DNA of 64,000 nucleotides from Candidatus Levyibacteriota bacterium (GTDB lineage Bacteria; Patescibacteriota; Microgenomatia; Levybacterales; UBA12049): assembly GCA_963716145.1 (NCBI GenBank), contig OY970292.1, positions 268,104-332,103 of the forward strand, in the 5' to 3' direction. Positions 19,868 through 30,444 of the stretch are shown here, one piece after another. The stretch's first letter is position 1; the number at the start of each line of letters is the position of its first letter. The notes under the pieces were generated by a model, which saw only the letters and a list, made by a program, of their open reading frames with translations, was not told where the DNA came from and did no database searches. Made by a program: the position numbers and the translations under genes.

Positions 19868-20622
19868 CTAATATACTACTTTTTACATTTATCGGAAGCC
19901 TGGCAGCACTTGTGGGGGGGTTAATTTTACTAACCAGAGAAAAAATGGCATTAAAAATTTCTCATTTTCTTTCATCATTTGCTGCTGGAATTCTACTGGG
20001 AACCGCTTTTTTTGATTTATTGCCTGAGGCACTACACGAGGCAGAAGAGTTGGGAATAGACATATTTTTTTGGACCCTTTTTGGAATTATATTATTTTTT
20101 CTGATTGAACGAACAATTCACTGGTTTCATCATCACGATGACTATCATGAACACGAAAAAGAATCCAAAACAACTTTACCTCTTATTATTATTGGTGACA
20201 CTATGCATAATTTTATAGACGGAGTGGTGATTGCCGCGACCTTTATGGCAGATCCACGGCTAGGCGTAGTCACCTCGTTGGCAGTTTTTGCACACGAGCT
20301 CCCACAAGAAATAGGGGACTTTGGCTTAATGCTTCACAAGGGTATGAAACGGAAAAAAATAATCTGGGTCAATATCCTAAGCGCTGCGGCCGCATTCGCC
20401 GGTGCTATTATGACCTATCTTTTGGGAAATGTTCTGGAGGGATATATACCGATATTTATCGCAGTTACCGCCGGATTCTTTATATATATTGCGACATCAG
20501 ATATAATTCCTGAAATTCATTACGAAAAAAGATTCAGACACTCTATGTTTGAAAGCGCATTGCTTATCTTGGGAATTGTAGTAATGTGGGCTGCTGTCAC
20601 TTTTCTTGGTCACGGACATTAA
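19855..20622 (+). CDS. ZIP family metal transporter
   Basis: His-rich loop, HNFIDG, HELPQEIGD. Confidence 0.93.
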   Translation: MSTLTNILLFTFIGSLAALVGGLILLTREKMALKISHFLSSFAAGILLGTAFFDLLPEALHEAEELGIDIFFWTLFGIILFFLIERTIHWFHHHDDYHEHEKESKTTLPLIIIGDTMHNFIDGVVIAATFMADPRLGVVTSLAVFAHELPQEIGDFGLMLHKGMKRKKIIWVNILSAAAAFAGAIMTYLLGNVLEGYIPIFIAVTAGFFIYIATSDIIPEIHYEKRFRHSMFESALLILGIVVMWAAVTFLGHGH

Positions 20623-21587
20623 TTTGCTGCCAGAAACTTTTCTATTTCCTTCCTAAGGACTTTCAAGCTCTCATCATCCACAAATGAATAAGCTAAAACT
20701 TTTTTTTCCATTTTCTCAAAAATTTTAGTGTTTTTAGTTACTGCTTTTTGATCCACCAAATCAGTTTTTGTGAGAAGCACTATTTCCGGTTTCTCAAGCA
20801 ACAGGGGATTGAACTTTTCAAATTCCGCTCTGACTGTCTCATATCTTTTTTTCGCGTCTTCCTCAGAAAGTTCGATACAATGTATTATCAATTTTGTTTT
20901 TTCGATATGCTTTAAGAATTTAATTCCAAGCCCGCGTCCGGTTGACGCTCCTTCGATAAGACCGGGAATATCAGCAATGGGACGACTCCCCATCATCCCT
21001 ATGTTTGGTTCAAGCGTAGTGAAAGGATAATCAGCAATCTTAGGATGAGCGTGGGTGAGTACTGCCAGAAGACTGCTTTTTCCGGCATTTGGCAGACCAA
21101 TCAAGCCAATGTCCGCAATCAATTTTAATTCAAGAAAGAGAATCTTTTTCTGGCCTGGTGTACCGCTTTCTGCGTATGTTGGGGCTTGGTCAATAGAATT
21201 TTTAAACTCCACATTACCGCGTCCGCCTTTTCCGCCTTTTGCCAAAAGAATAGGTGTATTGATATCGGTAATTTCATAAGATTTGTCAGTATCAACATCT
21301 GTGATCTTGGTTCCGACAGGAACATAAATAGTCATGTCATCAGCGTTTTTCCCATACAATCTTTTTGATTTACCGGCGATTCCCGATTCGGCAGTCAATT
21401 TCTTTTTAAAACGGAAAAGACGCAAATCATTGATATTACTTGATCCCTGAAAATATATATTCCCACCGTTTCCGCCATTTCCGCCGTCCGGTCCGCCATG
21501 GGAAGTCTGGCCATTTCGCAGAAAAGTTGAAGCACCCGCTCCTCCATCCCCAGCTTTAATCGTGATTGTTACATTGTCAACAAACAT
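20619..21587 (-). CDS. obgE: GTPase ObgE/CgtA
   Basis: Gly-rich Obg fold, GLPNAGKS, YPFTT, DIPG. Confidence 0.95.
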   Translation of the reverse strand: MFVDNVTITIKAGDGGAGASTFLRNGQTSHGGPDGGNGGNGGNIYFQGSSNINDLRLFRFKKKLTAESGIAGKSKRLYGKNADDMTIYVPVGTKITDVDTDKSYEITDINTPILLAKGGKGGRGNVEFKNSIDQAPTYAESGTPGQKKILFLELKLIADIGLIGLPNAGKSSLLAVLTHAHPKIADYPFTTLEPNIGMMGSRPIADIPGLIEGASTGRGLGIKFLKHIEKTKLIIHCIELSEEDAKKRYETVRAEFEKFNPLLLEKPEIVLLTKTDLVDQKAVTKNTKIFEKMEKKVLAYSFVDDESLKVLRKEIEKFLAAN

Positions 21588-21625
21588 GCTTGCATTCTAG
21601 CAGGTTTCAGAGAAGAGGGTACTAT

Positions 21626-23412
21626 CTACCAACTTCCGCCGCCTCCGCCTGAGAAGCCGCCGCCTGAGTAACCCCGCCTGAAAAACCTCCGCTTGACGAG
21701 GGTGTTGAGGCAATTGCACTGGACATTGAATTTGAGAAGCTATTCATGCTTGATCCAAAATACGTTGCATTAAACGGATGTGTTCCTGTATACCATGTGG
21801 GTTGAGTGTTTTTAAGTCCCATTTCTTCCATTGCTTTTGCAAATTTACCGGTCAGCCCAAATACAATCGCGTAGGGGAGAACTTCGTTAAATAAGTTCTT
21901 TTTCTCAAAAAACTTTTGTCTGTATTTTTCAGACTTATCAATAAACAGACGGTACCCCTTAATTCTTCTGTAAAGCTCGCGTCCATAAGCAGTTCTTCGT
22001 GGCATGAAACGTGAAAATAATAAAAGAATCAATCCGCTAATCAAAATACCAAAACACAGGTCAGCAAAAAATATAACTCCGCTTGAGATAGAAAAACCGA
22101 TAAAAAATCCACTAAAAAATATCATAAGGATTGCAATGATCAGGTATTTTTGCCTGATTTTTTCCGGATTTGAAGGGAAAAGTCCTTTTGCCACAACATC
22201 TTCATATAGCGCTTCTTTTACTTTCCTTAAATCCTCATAAAAGGTATTTTTGAGGCTTGAAATTGTAACTGACGAACTGCTTCCAAATAACTTATTAAGT
22301 AGCATTTTTTCATAATCCAAAAGTTCATTATCTGTTTTTTCAATCCGCTTAAGACTGTAATCAACTTTCCCAAACAGCCATTTCTTCTCAACCTCTGTTA
22401 TTGTTAGAAAACCGCGGGACGCCAGATCTATAATTGTTGAAGTAACATCCAACGTATCCGCCCTTTCATCCATTAAAACACCAACTTCTGCAGGTCGTAG
22501 CTTTTCAGGTGATGTAAACTCTACGACAGTTGTTTCATGTGATCCGACTGGTTTGGCTGAGCCGCTGTCTTCTTTTTTGCCCGCTTCGCCGCGAGGCGAG
22601 CCAAAAGTTCCATCCCCAAACCAATAGTCCCGGCCATTTTTAAGCCATAAATAAACAACTGTTCCTATCCCAAAAAACAACATAATACCAAGCGTAGTTA
22701 GTGATGGCGCAGATATAAATTTCTCCCAAAAAGACTTTGGCCGCTCAACAGTAATAATGGGAACAAGACCCTTTTTATATGCTACTGCAATTGTCATTCC
22801 CTGTGATTCACCAAGCGCGCCGTCTGATTCAAATTGCGCCAAACTACCAGAGTCAAGTGATGGCTTACATTCTCTTTTTTCTCCTGCATAACCCTGAAAA
22901 CAAGCAAGCTCAATAATTCCACTCTGGGGCAACCTAACTGTTGATGAAGCTTTTGAAATAGTAACCGGCCAGCTATTACCGGTTGTGTTCCAGTACAGCT
23001 CGTCATGATCGGAAAAGCCGCGTAAAACTCCCCGGGCAATATATGAGATTTCATAGTTATTCTTACCGGTAATAGTTCTATCCGGATCCCCAATTTTAAG
23101 TCTGACATAACCGTCAGTACGCGTTGTACTGAACTTTGCCTTATTGCCATTCTGCCTGACAGATTCAACCTCAACTTCAGTATAAGTCTTTTTTCCATCA
23201 GCTTCGTAAACATAAGGAATATCACGGTAAATTCCGTGCTTTGATTGATAACCAAAATCAACATTAAGTGTTTCACTTACTTTAACTTCGCCAGATTTTT
23301 GGATCTCTATTTGGGAATCAAACTTTTCTATTACCCATCCTTCATCCGCAAAAACTGCATGGGGTATAAATAAAAATAATAGAGCTAATAAAAAAAGTAT
23401 CAAACGCCTCAT
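21626..23412 (-). CDS. DUF2207 family membrane protein (C-terminal 1-nt frameshift near 21673)
   Basis: ELYWN and LPYAIVFG; one extra G restores the typical GGGFSGGGGGSW-stop ending at 21626. Confidence 0.85.
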
Positions 23413-23452
23413 ATTTATTTTATTATAACCAATGTTGTTATATAATCATAAT

Positions 23453-24370
23453 ATGAAAAAGCTCGGATTTCTAGTGGCAACACTTGCCGTATTAATGGCA
23501 GGATATGTCTTCAAATCCCCGATCAGTGCTTTTGCGGATAGTATTTTGTACCACTCGCCTTGTGACACTCCCAGAACCTATCATATCGGCTCAATTGACC
23601 CGAAATACAACTTAACCCAGGAAAAGTTTATCTTCAGCATCAACCAAGCTTCCGATATTTGGAGCAACGCTGAGAAAAAGGAGCTTTTTAGCTATGATCC
23701 CAAAGGCACAATTCAAATTAATCTTGTTTATGACCAGAGGTCATTATTGAATAGCCAAATTAATGACTTGAATTCAAAAGTAAAAGAGCAACAAAATGCA
23801 CTTGACCCGCAAATCGCTGATTATAAAAAACGCTCAGCGGAATTCAGAGCAAAAATCACTCAGCTGAATAACGATATTGAATATTGGAATGGGAAGGGAG
23901 GAGCACCACCGGATGAATATGAGAAATTGATTAACCGTCAAAAAAGCCTTCAAATCGAAGCAGACTCACTCAAAAATGAAGCAGTATCATTGAACCAATC
24001 AACAAACCTATACAACGAACAAGTGGGGCAACTTCATCAGACAGTTGATAGTTTTAATCAGGAATTGTCATTCAAGCCGGAAGAGGGCGAATACATTTAT
24101 GATAATGGGGAAGAAACTATTAATATTTATTTTGACAATTCCCAAAGTGAACTCGAACATACACTTGCGCATGAATTGGGACATGCGCTGGGAATAGGAC
24201 ACAATAACAACGTTTCATCAATCATGTATCCGCGTACTACTGAGGCTATTAGTCTTTCTGCTGATGACAAAGTAGGACTTGAAAAAGCTTGCCAAAAACA
24301 AAGCGTTGTTAAAACAGCAGGGACTAAGCTTGCTTTGATTATTAGAAGTTTGAGAATGAGGACTTTATGA
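23453..24370 (+). CDS. Matrixin-like (M10) zinc metalloprotease with coiled-coil insert
   Basis: HELGHALGIGH and SIMYP Met-turn; signal anchor starting MKKLG. Confidence 0.85.
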   Translation: MKKLGFLVATLAVLMAGYVFKSPISAFADSILYHSPCDTPRTYHIGSIDPKYNLTQEKFIFSINQASDIWSNAEKKELFSYDPKGTIQINLVYDQRSLLNSQINDLNSKVKEQQNALDPQIADYKKRSAEFRAKITQLNNDIEYWNGKGGAPPDEYEKLINRQKSLQIEADSLKNEAVSLNQSTNLYNEQVGQLHQTVDSFNQELSFKPEEGEYIYDNGEETINIYFDNSQSELEHTLAHELGHALGIGHNNNVSSIMYPRTTEAISLSADDKVGLEKACQKQSVVKTAGTKLALIIRSLRMRTL

Positions 24371-25660
24371 TTTCTTCTTTTTTACTTCGGAGACCAATAT
24401 TTTATCCACTCTATTCCCATCCATATCCACAACTTCTATCCTAAAATTCTCTACCACTAATTTATCGCCTGACTTCGGAATACGTCCTATTCTATCCATC
24501 ACAAAACCCCCAATTGTATGAAAATGTCCGGATTTTTCGGCAGGAAGCTTCTTGATATCAAAGTGCTCTTTGAATTCATCAATTGGAACGGTCCCATCAA
24601 CCAGATACGATCCGTCATCTCTTTTTATGATTTCCTTCTCCTCCAGCTGGTTAAGGGTAGGAATATCACCCACAATTGCTTCCAAAACATCGTTCAGCGA
24701 AACTAATCCCTGGACATGCCCGTACTCATCGATAATGAGAGCTACATGAATACCTGATTTCTTAAAAAGCTCAAGAGCCTTAAGGCCCGTTGTTCCCTCT
24801 GGAACAAAAAGCGGTTTGTGAAGATGTTTTCGTAAGTCAATTTCTCCCTCGATTAGGAAATTGGTGAGTATATCTTCAGTTCTTATAACTCCTTGTATAT
24901 TATCAAGGCTATCCTCAACAACCGGATAATAAGAATGGGGCTTTTTAGTTATTCTTTTTCTCAAAGCTGCAACCGTACTCTCAACATCCAGATAAGCAAT
25001 CTCAGCCCTGTGAGTCATAAGCGATTGCACTTTCTTGTCACTCATTCTAAATGTTCTTTCCACAATGTCTTTTTCTGCCATTTGAAATACACCGGCTCTT
25101 GTTCCCTCCCGGATCAGCATTCTCACCTCTTCTTCACTTACCGCAGGATCTTCCTTTGATTTTATCTGGAAAATTCTAAGTACAAAATCTGTTGATTTAC
25201 TAAGAATACCAACGATAGGTGAGGCTACAAATGATATAAAATTCATGGGACGTGCCAAAACCTTGGCATACCTTTCAGGATTATTAAGTGCCAGCCTTTT
25301 GGGAACCAACTCTCCTATGATTACGGAAAGATACGTAATAATAGTAACAACGATAATTAACGCGAGGGTATCGCCATATGGAGCAACAGCCGGGAAGGAC
25401 TTAAGATAACCCGCGACATCTGTTGTAATTGTTTTTTCTCCAAAAGCTCCCGCAAAAATCCCGATAAAAGTTATTCCGATCTGAACTGTTGAAAAAAATC
25501 TGTTTGGGGATTGAGCCAGGTCAAGCGCGGCTTGAGCATTTTTGTTGCCGTCATGAGCAAGCTGCTTGAGACGGGATTTCCGGGCTGAGATTATAGCAAT
25601 CTCGGCCATCGCGAATAAACCATTGAGAAGTATCAGGAAAAGAACAATAAGAATTTCCAC
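24365..25660 (-). CDS. HlyC/CorC family CBS-domain transporter (DUF21-CBS-CorC)
   Basis: NGLFAMAEIA, GELVPK, IDEYG, TIGGFV. Confidence 0.93.
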   Translation of the reverse strand: MEILIVLFLILLNGLFAMAEIAIISARKSRLKQLAHDGNKNAQAALDLAQSPNRFFSTVQIGITFIGIFAGAFGEKTITTDVAGYLKSFPAVAPYGDTLALIIVVTIITYLSVIIGELVPKRLALNNPERYAKVLARPMNFISFVASPIVGILSKSTDFVLRIFQIKSKEDPAVSEEEVRMLIREGTRAGVFQMAEKDIVERTFRMSDKKVQSLMTHRAEIAYLDVESTVAALRKRITKKPHSYYPVVEDSLDNIQGVIRTEDILTNFLIEGEIDLRKHLHKPLFVPEGTTGLKALELFKKSGIHVALIIDEYGHVQGLVSLNDVLEAIVGDIPTLNQLEEKEIIKRDDGSYLVDGTVPIDEFKEHFDIKKLPAEKSGHFHTIGGFVMDRIGRIPKSGDKLVVENFRIEVVDMDGNRVDKILVSEVKKKKS

Positions 25661-25694
25661 TTAGTATATTATAGCAAAACTGTATAATATATTT

Positions 25695-26006
25695 GTGATT
25701 GAGCTGAAAGTTAATAAGCTGAGCGGAAAAGACAAAATAATAGGGTTATTAAACGCTAAGAAACCATATGCTATTTTTTTTAAAACACGCTTTGGAATTC
25801 ACACTTTTGGCCTTAAATTCGCAATAGACGCTCTGATTCTTGATAAAAATAATGTTGTGGTTAAAATCTCGGAAAACTTAAAACCCAATCGCATTTTCCT
25901 CTGGCACCCGAAGTTTGATAGAGTTATAGAACTACCTGCTGGGGAGATTGAAAAACGCTGTATCCGACATCAAAGCAAAATTGGCGTAAAATTTCATAGT
26001 CAATAG
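25695..26006 (+). CDS. DUF192 family protein
   Basis: GIHTFGLKFAID...VIELPAG. Confidence 0.8.
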   Translation: MIELKVNKLSGKDKIIGLLNAKKPYAIFFKTRFGIHTFGLKFAIDALILDKNNVVVKISENLKPNRIFLWHPKFDRVIELPAGEIEKRCIRHQSKIGVKFHSQ

Positions 26007-26040
26007 CTTTTTAGCCCTAATTTTAGTAGAATTATCACAT

Positions 26041-26111
26041 TACCGAGTCGTCTAATGGTAGGACAACAGCCTTTGGAGCTGTTTATTCTGGTTCGAGTCC
26101 AGGCTCGGTAG
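26041..26111 (+). tRNA. tRNA-Gln(TTG)
   Basis: Acceptor TACCGAG/CTCGGTA; anticodon arm ACAGC-CTTTGGA-GCTGT; GTTCGAGTC T-loop. Confidence 0.93.
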
Positions 26112-26140
26112 CTCAGTGGCCTGACCCGTAAGAAAATAGC

Positions 26141-26574
26141 ATGAAAATTCAGCGTATTGATCATATCGGTCTAGTGGTAAATGACTTAGCGGCAGCCAAG
26201 GAATTCTTCCTGGATTTTGGCTTCACGGTTCAAGGTGAAGCCGAAGAACAGAGCGAGCTGCTGGACAAAGTAACGGGATTCAAAAACGCCAAGTCCCACA
26301 TAGTCTTCCTGCAGGCACCGAACGGCCAGATCACCCTAGAACTCAGCAAATTCCTTAATCCGGCGGATAAGTCGGGATTCCAAGAAAACTTTATCTACTC
26401 GCATGGCATGCAGCATCTGGCCTTCGTCGTTGAGGATATCGAGGACATTGTAGCTACGGTGAAGCAAAAGGGTTGGGACGTATTTGTAGATATATACAAT
26501 TATGAAAACGTTTATAAACTGTGCTACTTCCGGGGCCGGAAGGTATTATTCTTGAGCTAGCAGAGAAGCTGTAA
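26141..26574 (+). CDS. VOC/glyoxalase family protein (1-nt frameshift near 26534)
   Basis: IDHIGLVV and HLAFVVEDI; one extra G gives the RGPEGIILELAEKL-stop ending. Confidence 0.85.
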
Positions 26575-26583
26575 CGTAAAACA

Positions 26584-26964
26584 TTATTTCTCTGGAATTT
26601 GGGGTTTTTGCTGAATTGTTAATTTATTACCATCAGGATCACTAAAGTAAATATGCCAAGCGCCCCACGGCATTTTTTCGACATCTGTCACTTTAACACC
26701 GTTTTCTACAAGCTTATCATGTGCTTTTTTGATATCCTCTACTACCAAAAGAATACTATCAATGGTTCCCGGTGGGGACTTGGTAATATTGTTGCCAATT
26801 ACGATGGAACATCCAGAACCAATTGGCGTCAATTGCATATAGCGTATCCCTCCATCCATTTTCCAATCGCCATCAATATGAAATCCAAGCTTGTCTGCAT
26901 AAAATTCCTTTGCACGATCGACATCAGAAACAGGGACTGTTACTACTTCTAATTTCATTTCCAT
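26584..26964 (-). CDS. VOC/glyoxalase family protein
   Basis: VPVSDVDRAKEFY ... FSDPDGN. Confidence 0.9.
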   Translation of the reverse strand: MEMKLEVVTVPVSDVDRAKEFYADKLGFHIDGDWKMDGGIRYMQLTPIGSGCSIVIGNNITKSPPGTIDSILLVVEDIKKAHDKLVENGVKVTDVEKMPWGAWHIYFSDPDGNKLTIQQKPQIPEK

Positions 26965-27082
26965 AATATGAGTATACTAAAGAACGTTTATAAATTCAAT
27001 TAATACCAAAAAAGATATTGAAAACGTATTTATTAAATTTTCATGCTTGCAATGAATTAAAAAAGTTGGTACATATGTATAT

Positions 27083-27676
27083 ATGAGAAAGATTCTTGTT
27101 CTCGAATTTATCACTCTTGATGGCGTCATGCAGGCACCAGGTGGATCTAAAGAAGATACAGCCGAAGGTTTTAAATACGGCGGATGGATGGGTCCGTACT
27201 TTGAAGATAAAGTTGGGGGCAAAGAGATGGGTAAGCAGATGAAAAAAACAGCTGCCCTTCTTCTTGGACGCAAAACGTATGACATCTGGACGGGATTTTG
27301 GCCAACACACCCAGAAACGTGGCCTCAAGTAAACAAAATTACAAAATATGTTGTCTCCAAAAACTTAAAAAACCCAACTTGGGAAAATACTGTTGTTGTA
27401 AACGATATCAAAGAATTAAAGGAGCTTAAGAACTCAGACGGTCCAGACCTACAGGTGTACGGAAGCGCTAATTTGGTTCAGACATTAATGCGGTATGATT
27501 TGGTAGATGAATTTTGGCTTAAAATATTTCCTATTACTTTAGGCCACGGAAAACGGTTATTTGAAAAAGGTACAATTCCTGCTGCTTTTAAACTCGTTTA
27601 TTCTAAAATTTCACCTACTGGTGTAATTTTTGCTTCATACAAACGCGCAGGAGAAGTCAAAACGAGTGAACTATAG
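27083..27676 (+). CDS. Dihydrofolate reductase / RibD C-terminal family protein
   Basis: ITLDGVMQAPG, LLLGRKTY, GSANLVQTL, LGHGKRLF. Confidence 0.9.
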   Translation: MRKILVLEFITLDGVMQAPGGSKEDTAEGFKYGGWMGPYFEDKVGGKEMGKQMKKTAALLLGRKTYDIWTGFWPTHPETWPQVNKITKYVVSKNLKNPTWENTVVVNDIKELKELKNSDGPDLQVYGSANLVQTLMRYDLVDEFWLKIFPITLGHGKRLFEKGTIPAAFKLVYSKISPTGVIFASYKRAGEVKTSEL

Positions 27677-27746
27677 TTAGCAAAATTATTTTTGATAAAA
27701 ATCCTCTAGAGTAAGCCACTGTCTGGATAAACATAAAGTAATACTA

Positions 27747-28205
27747 TCATCTTTCTTGCAATCCAATTAATCGACTATATTGCCAGTTACGTTCATTTTC
27801 TGCTTCTTCCAGTGAGTCCGTTGCTCTGAAAATTGCTTGTTGTGCATAAATTGCGGAACCATAAGCATGCCTCGGAACGTGCGCAGTTGCCACAGCTTGA
27901 CCGCAAGCGCGAGCTGCCGAGCGGGCGGGACTATCTTCACCCACTTCCCGAGCAGATGCATGAGCATCCAGTGAAGCTTTACGAATAACGTTCATCTTAA
28001 ATACACCAGTATCTATCCACGTTTTAAGTGTTTCCAGAGCTCTGCGCGGACGATGATCTTGCGAATATTTTTCCTCAAAGTAGGGAAGTATACGCTCGGC
28101 GCAATCAATTGCCCAAAGAGCTAAGGTTTTTTGATCAGTTTTCTCAACAAGCACGAGCATCTCTTCGTCTTCGTGTGCAATTGAAAACTTTTTAACAACA
28201 GGCAT
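27747..28205 (-). CDS. Imm5-like putative immunity protein
   Basis: LALWAIDCAERIL...AARACGQAVATAHV...ERNWQ pattern. Confidence 0.75.
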   Translation of the reverse strand: MPVVKKFSIAHEDEEMLVLVEKTDQKTLALWAIDCAERILPYFEEKYSQDHRPRRALETLKTWIDTGVFKMNVIRKASLDAHASAREVGEDSPARSAARACGQAVATAHVPRHAYGSAIYAQQAIFRATDSLEEAENERNWQYSRLIGLQER

Positions 28206-28637
28206 TTAGGATTTGGGCGTCATGTCCGGAGAGGGCTGGAGGAGGGTAAAGCGGTTTCCCTCTGTGTCTTCGCATTTGACATAAATTCCGATACCGGGAA
28301 TATCCATCTTTTCACCCAGCACTTTTCCATCAGGAGTTTTGTTATCATCAAAAACTTTACCTCCTGCCGCTTTCACATCAGCGATCGCTTTATCAACATC
28401 ATCAACGCCTATGACACACGAAAAGGCATTCAATTTTTTCTGTTCTTCCTGGTATATTCCGCCATTAATACCAATATCTTTCATGTCACCGGTATTCTCC
28501 CCGGTTTTCACGATAATGTATCCGCCGAAATCCTCGCCTTGCTCTTCCATCTTCCAACCAAAAGCACTGGCGTAGAAGTCTTTAGCGCGCTTTGCATCTT
28601 TTGCTTCTATTTCAAAATGAACAACCCTATTTGCCAT
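28206..28637 (-). CDS. VOC family protein
   Basis: MANRVVHFEI...FYASAFGW...DTEGNRF. Confidence 0.88.
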   Translation of the reverse strand: MANRVVHFEIEAKDAKRAKDFYASAFGWKMEEQGEDFGGYIIVKTGENTGDMKDIGINGGIYQEEQKKLNAFSCVIGVDDVDKAIADVKAAGGKVFDDNKTPDGKVLGEKMDIPGIGIYVKCEDTEGNRFTLLQPSPDMTPKS

Positions 28638-28703
28638 ACCTATTTTATACTCCTCCAATTTAGATTAGTCAATACATTTTTGTAAGAATGTTATAATAAT
28701 TTT

Positions 28704-29318
28704 ATGTCTACATACATTTGCCCCATGCATCCGGAGGTAAAAAGTGATAAAAAGGTGAGATGTCCCAAATGCGGGATGGAATTAGTATTATCCAAAAACG
28801 TAAACAAAACACAAACAGCCGAATCAGGTGATATTCAAAACAGTTACAGACCACTGGTTATAATAATCGGACTAATCATTCTGGTTTCTTTTGTTATCAC
28901 ACTACAACAAACTTCATTAGAAGCTTTTAGCTGGAAAAACTTTCTTTCCAACTTCATGGCTGGGTTTTTCATAGTATTCTCGGGATTTAAATTAATAGAT
29001 CTGAAAGGATTTGCAGAAGGTTACTCAACATACGATCTCCTTGCCAAAAAATGGTTTGCTTATGGCTATATTTATCCATTTATTGAATTGTTCTTTGGTC
29101 TTGCAATGATACTAAATTTTTACACTAAACCAATTCTCTGGGCGGAAGTACTCATCATGGCGTTCAGCGGGTGTGGAGTCGCGATCAAGCTCGCAAAAGG
29201 AGAAAAATTCCAATGTGCTTGTCTGGGAACTTTCCTCAAAGTACCGCTCACCAAAGTGACTTTGATTGAAGATTTTGGTATGAGCTTGCTAGCTCTAATC
29301 CTTCTTTTGAGCGGGTAA
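28704..29318 (+). CDS. Heavy-metal-binding domain plus MauE/DoxX-like membrane protein
   Basis: YICPMHP...CPKCGMEL; CACLG in the TM domain; stop overlaps the tRNA-Gly 3' end. Confidence 0.85.
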   Translation: MSTYICPMHPEVKSDKKVRCPKCGMELVLSKNVNKTQTAESGDIQNSYRPLVIIIGLIILVSFVITLQQTSLEAFSWKNFLSNFMAGFFIVFSGFKLIDLKGFAEGYSTYDLLAKKWFAYGYIYPFIELFFGLAMILNFYTKPILWAEVLIMAFSGCGVAIKLAKGEKFQCACLGTFLKVPLTKVTLIEDFGMSLLALILLLSG

Positions 29319-29379
29319 GGGGAATCGGACCCTGTAACCTGATTGGCAACCAGGTGTACTACCATTGTACTATACCCGC
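29310..29379 (-). tRNA. tRNA-Gly(GCC)
   Basis: Acceptor GCGGGTA/TACCCGC; anticodon loop TTGCCAA; T-stem one G short; T-loop reads TCCGATT. Confidence 0.85.
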
Positions 29380-29527
29380 AATTTATGCAGTATAGCAAAA
29401 TTTCGATCTATCCTCAAGGATATTTTTATTAGAGCCCATGGACAAAATGCTTATTGACAACATACTTTTGTGTAATATAATATCAAAATATAACATTGTA
29501 ATAATCCAGTAATAATTAGGTAAAGTT

Positions 29528-30438
29528 ATGAGCGTAAGTATAGAAGCGCCAAGACAAACAGAACCACAAAGAACTGCGCCCCGTCGCGTAAGACATACGA
29601 CCCTGCCTGCAGGCCATGAATCTCTTAAGCCTTTCGTACAAGCTGCATGGAAAGGGGCTGTAGCCAGAAGCGAAGAACCACTCAACGATCATTTGCAAAG
29701 TACTATACCTGACCCAAGCTTAGATACAATGATTGTTGTTGATCGCCTAACCCGAACGCTGCCAACTCGTGGATTAGTAATGCAGTTTCCCAATGATCCT
29801 CTTGCAAGGAGACAGGAATTAATCAGGGTGGCTGAAAACATAGCTGCAAAAATGTCACCCGAAGCAAAAAGAAGAATGGTTAAAAAATTAGGTGTGGCAG
29901 GTGGATTAGAGGGATTGATAGCAGACAATAAAACCACTAGACCAGAACCGGCTGCTCCTTCTGATGAACCGGTATTAACTCCCGCTGAGCAGAATAGGCT
30001 AAACATTAAGAAACTGAAAGCTAGAGTAGGCGTAAACGACGCTGAACGAGAAAAACAAGATGAAATAAGGCGAAGATTGAGTAGTACAGGCAAAATAGAT
30101 GTCAACACTCCGTTTGTTGATAGATTTGCTGCCCAAGTTGCTATCGTTGCTGCATTGACCCCTCCTGGACGATTGCCAAGGCTAAATTGGACTGGAGAAG
30201 GACCATTTCCGGCACCTGGTCCTCGGATTGTGAGCAGACCAAATGTGGAACCCAGGAAGTAGTGTTTAAGCGCAGAGATGCTAAAGCAGCAGGTAGATTT
30301 CCTGGGTTAGAAGAAAAAGTTGAGACAATATTGCTGGAGAAAGAAAGAGGAGATGCTAAACCTGAGGCAGCAGTAGTTGTTAGATTTCCTGGGTTAGAAG
30401 AAAAAAGAAAACTGCTTGAACTACGAAGAGCAGGCTAA
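29528..30438 (+). CDS. Orphan protein, probably one ORF with a frameshift near 30252; C-terminal repeat RFPGLEEK x2
   Basis: One extra C at CCCAGG joins the 244-aa ORF to the 30187-30438 frame, which has a duplicated DAK..AA..RFPGLEEK block. Confidence 0.55.
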
Positions 30439-30444
30439 TAATCT

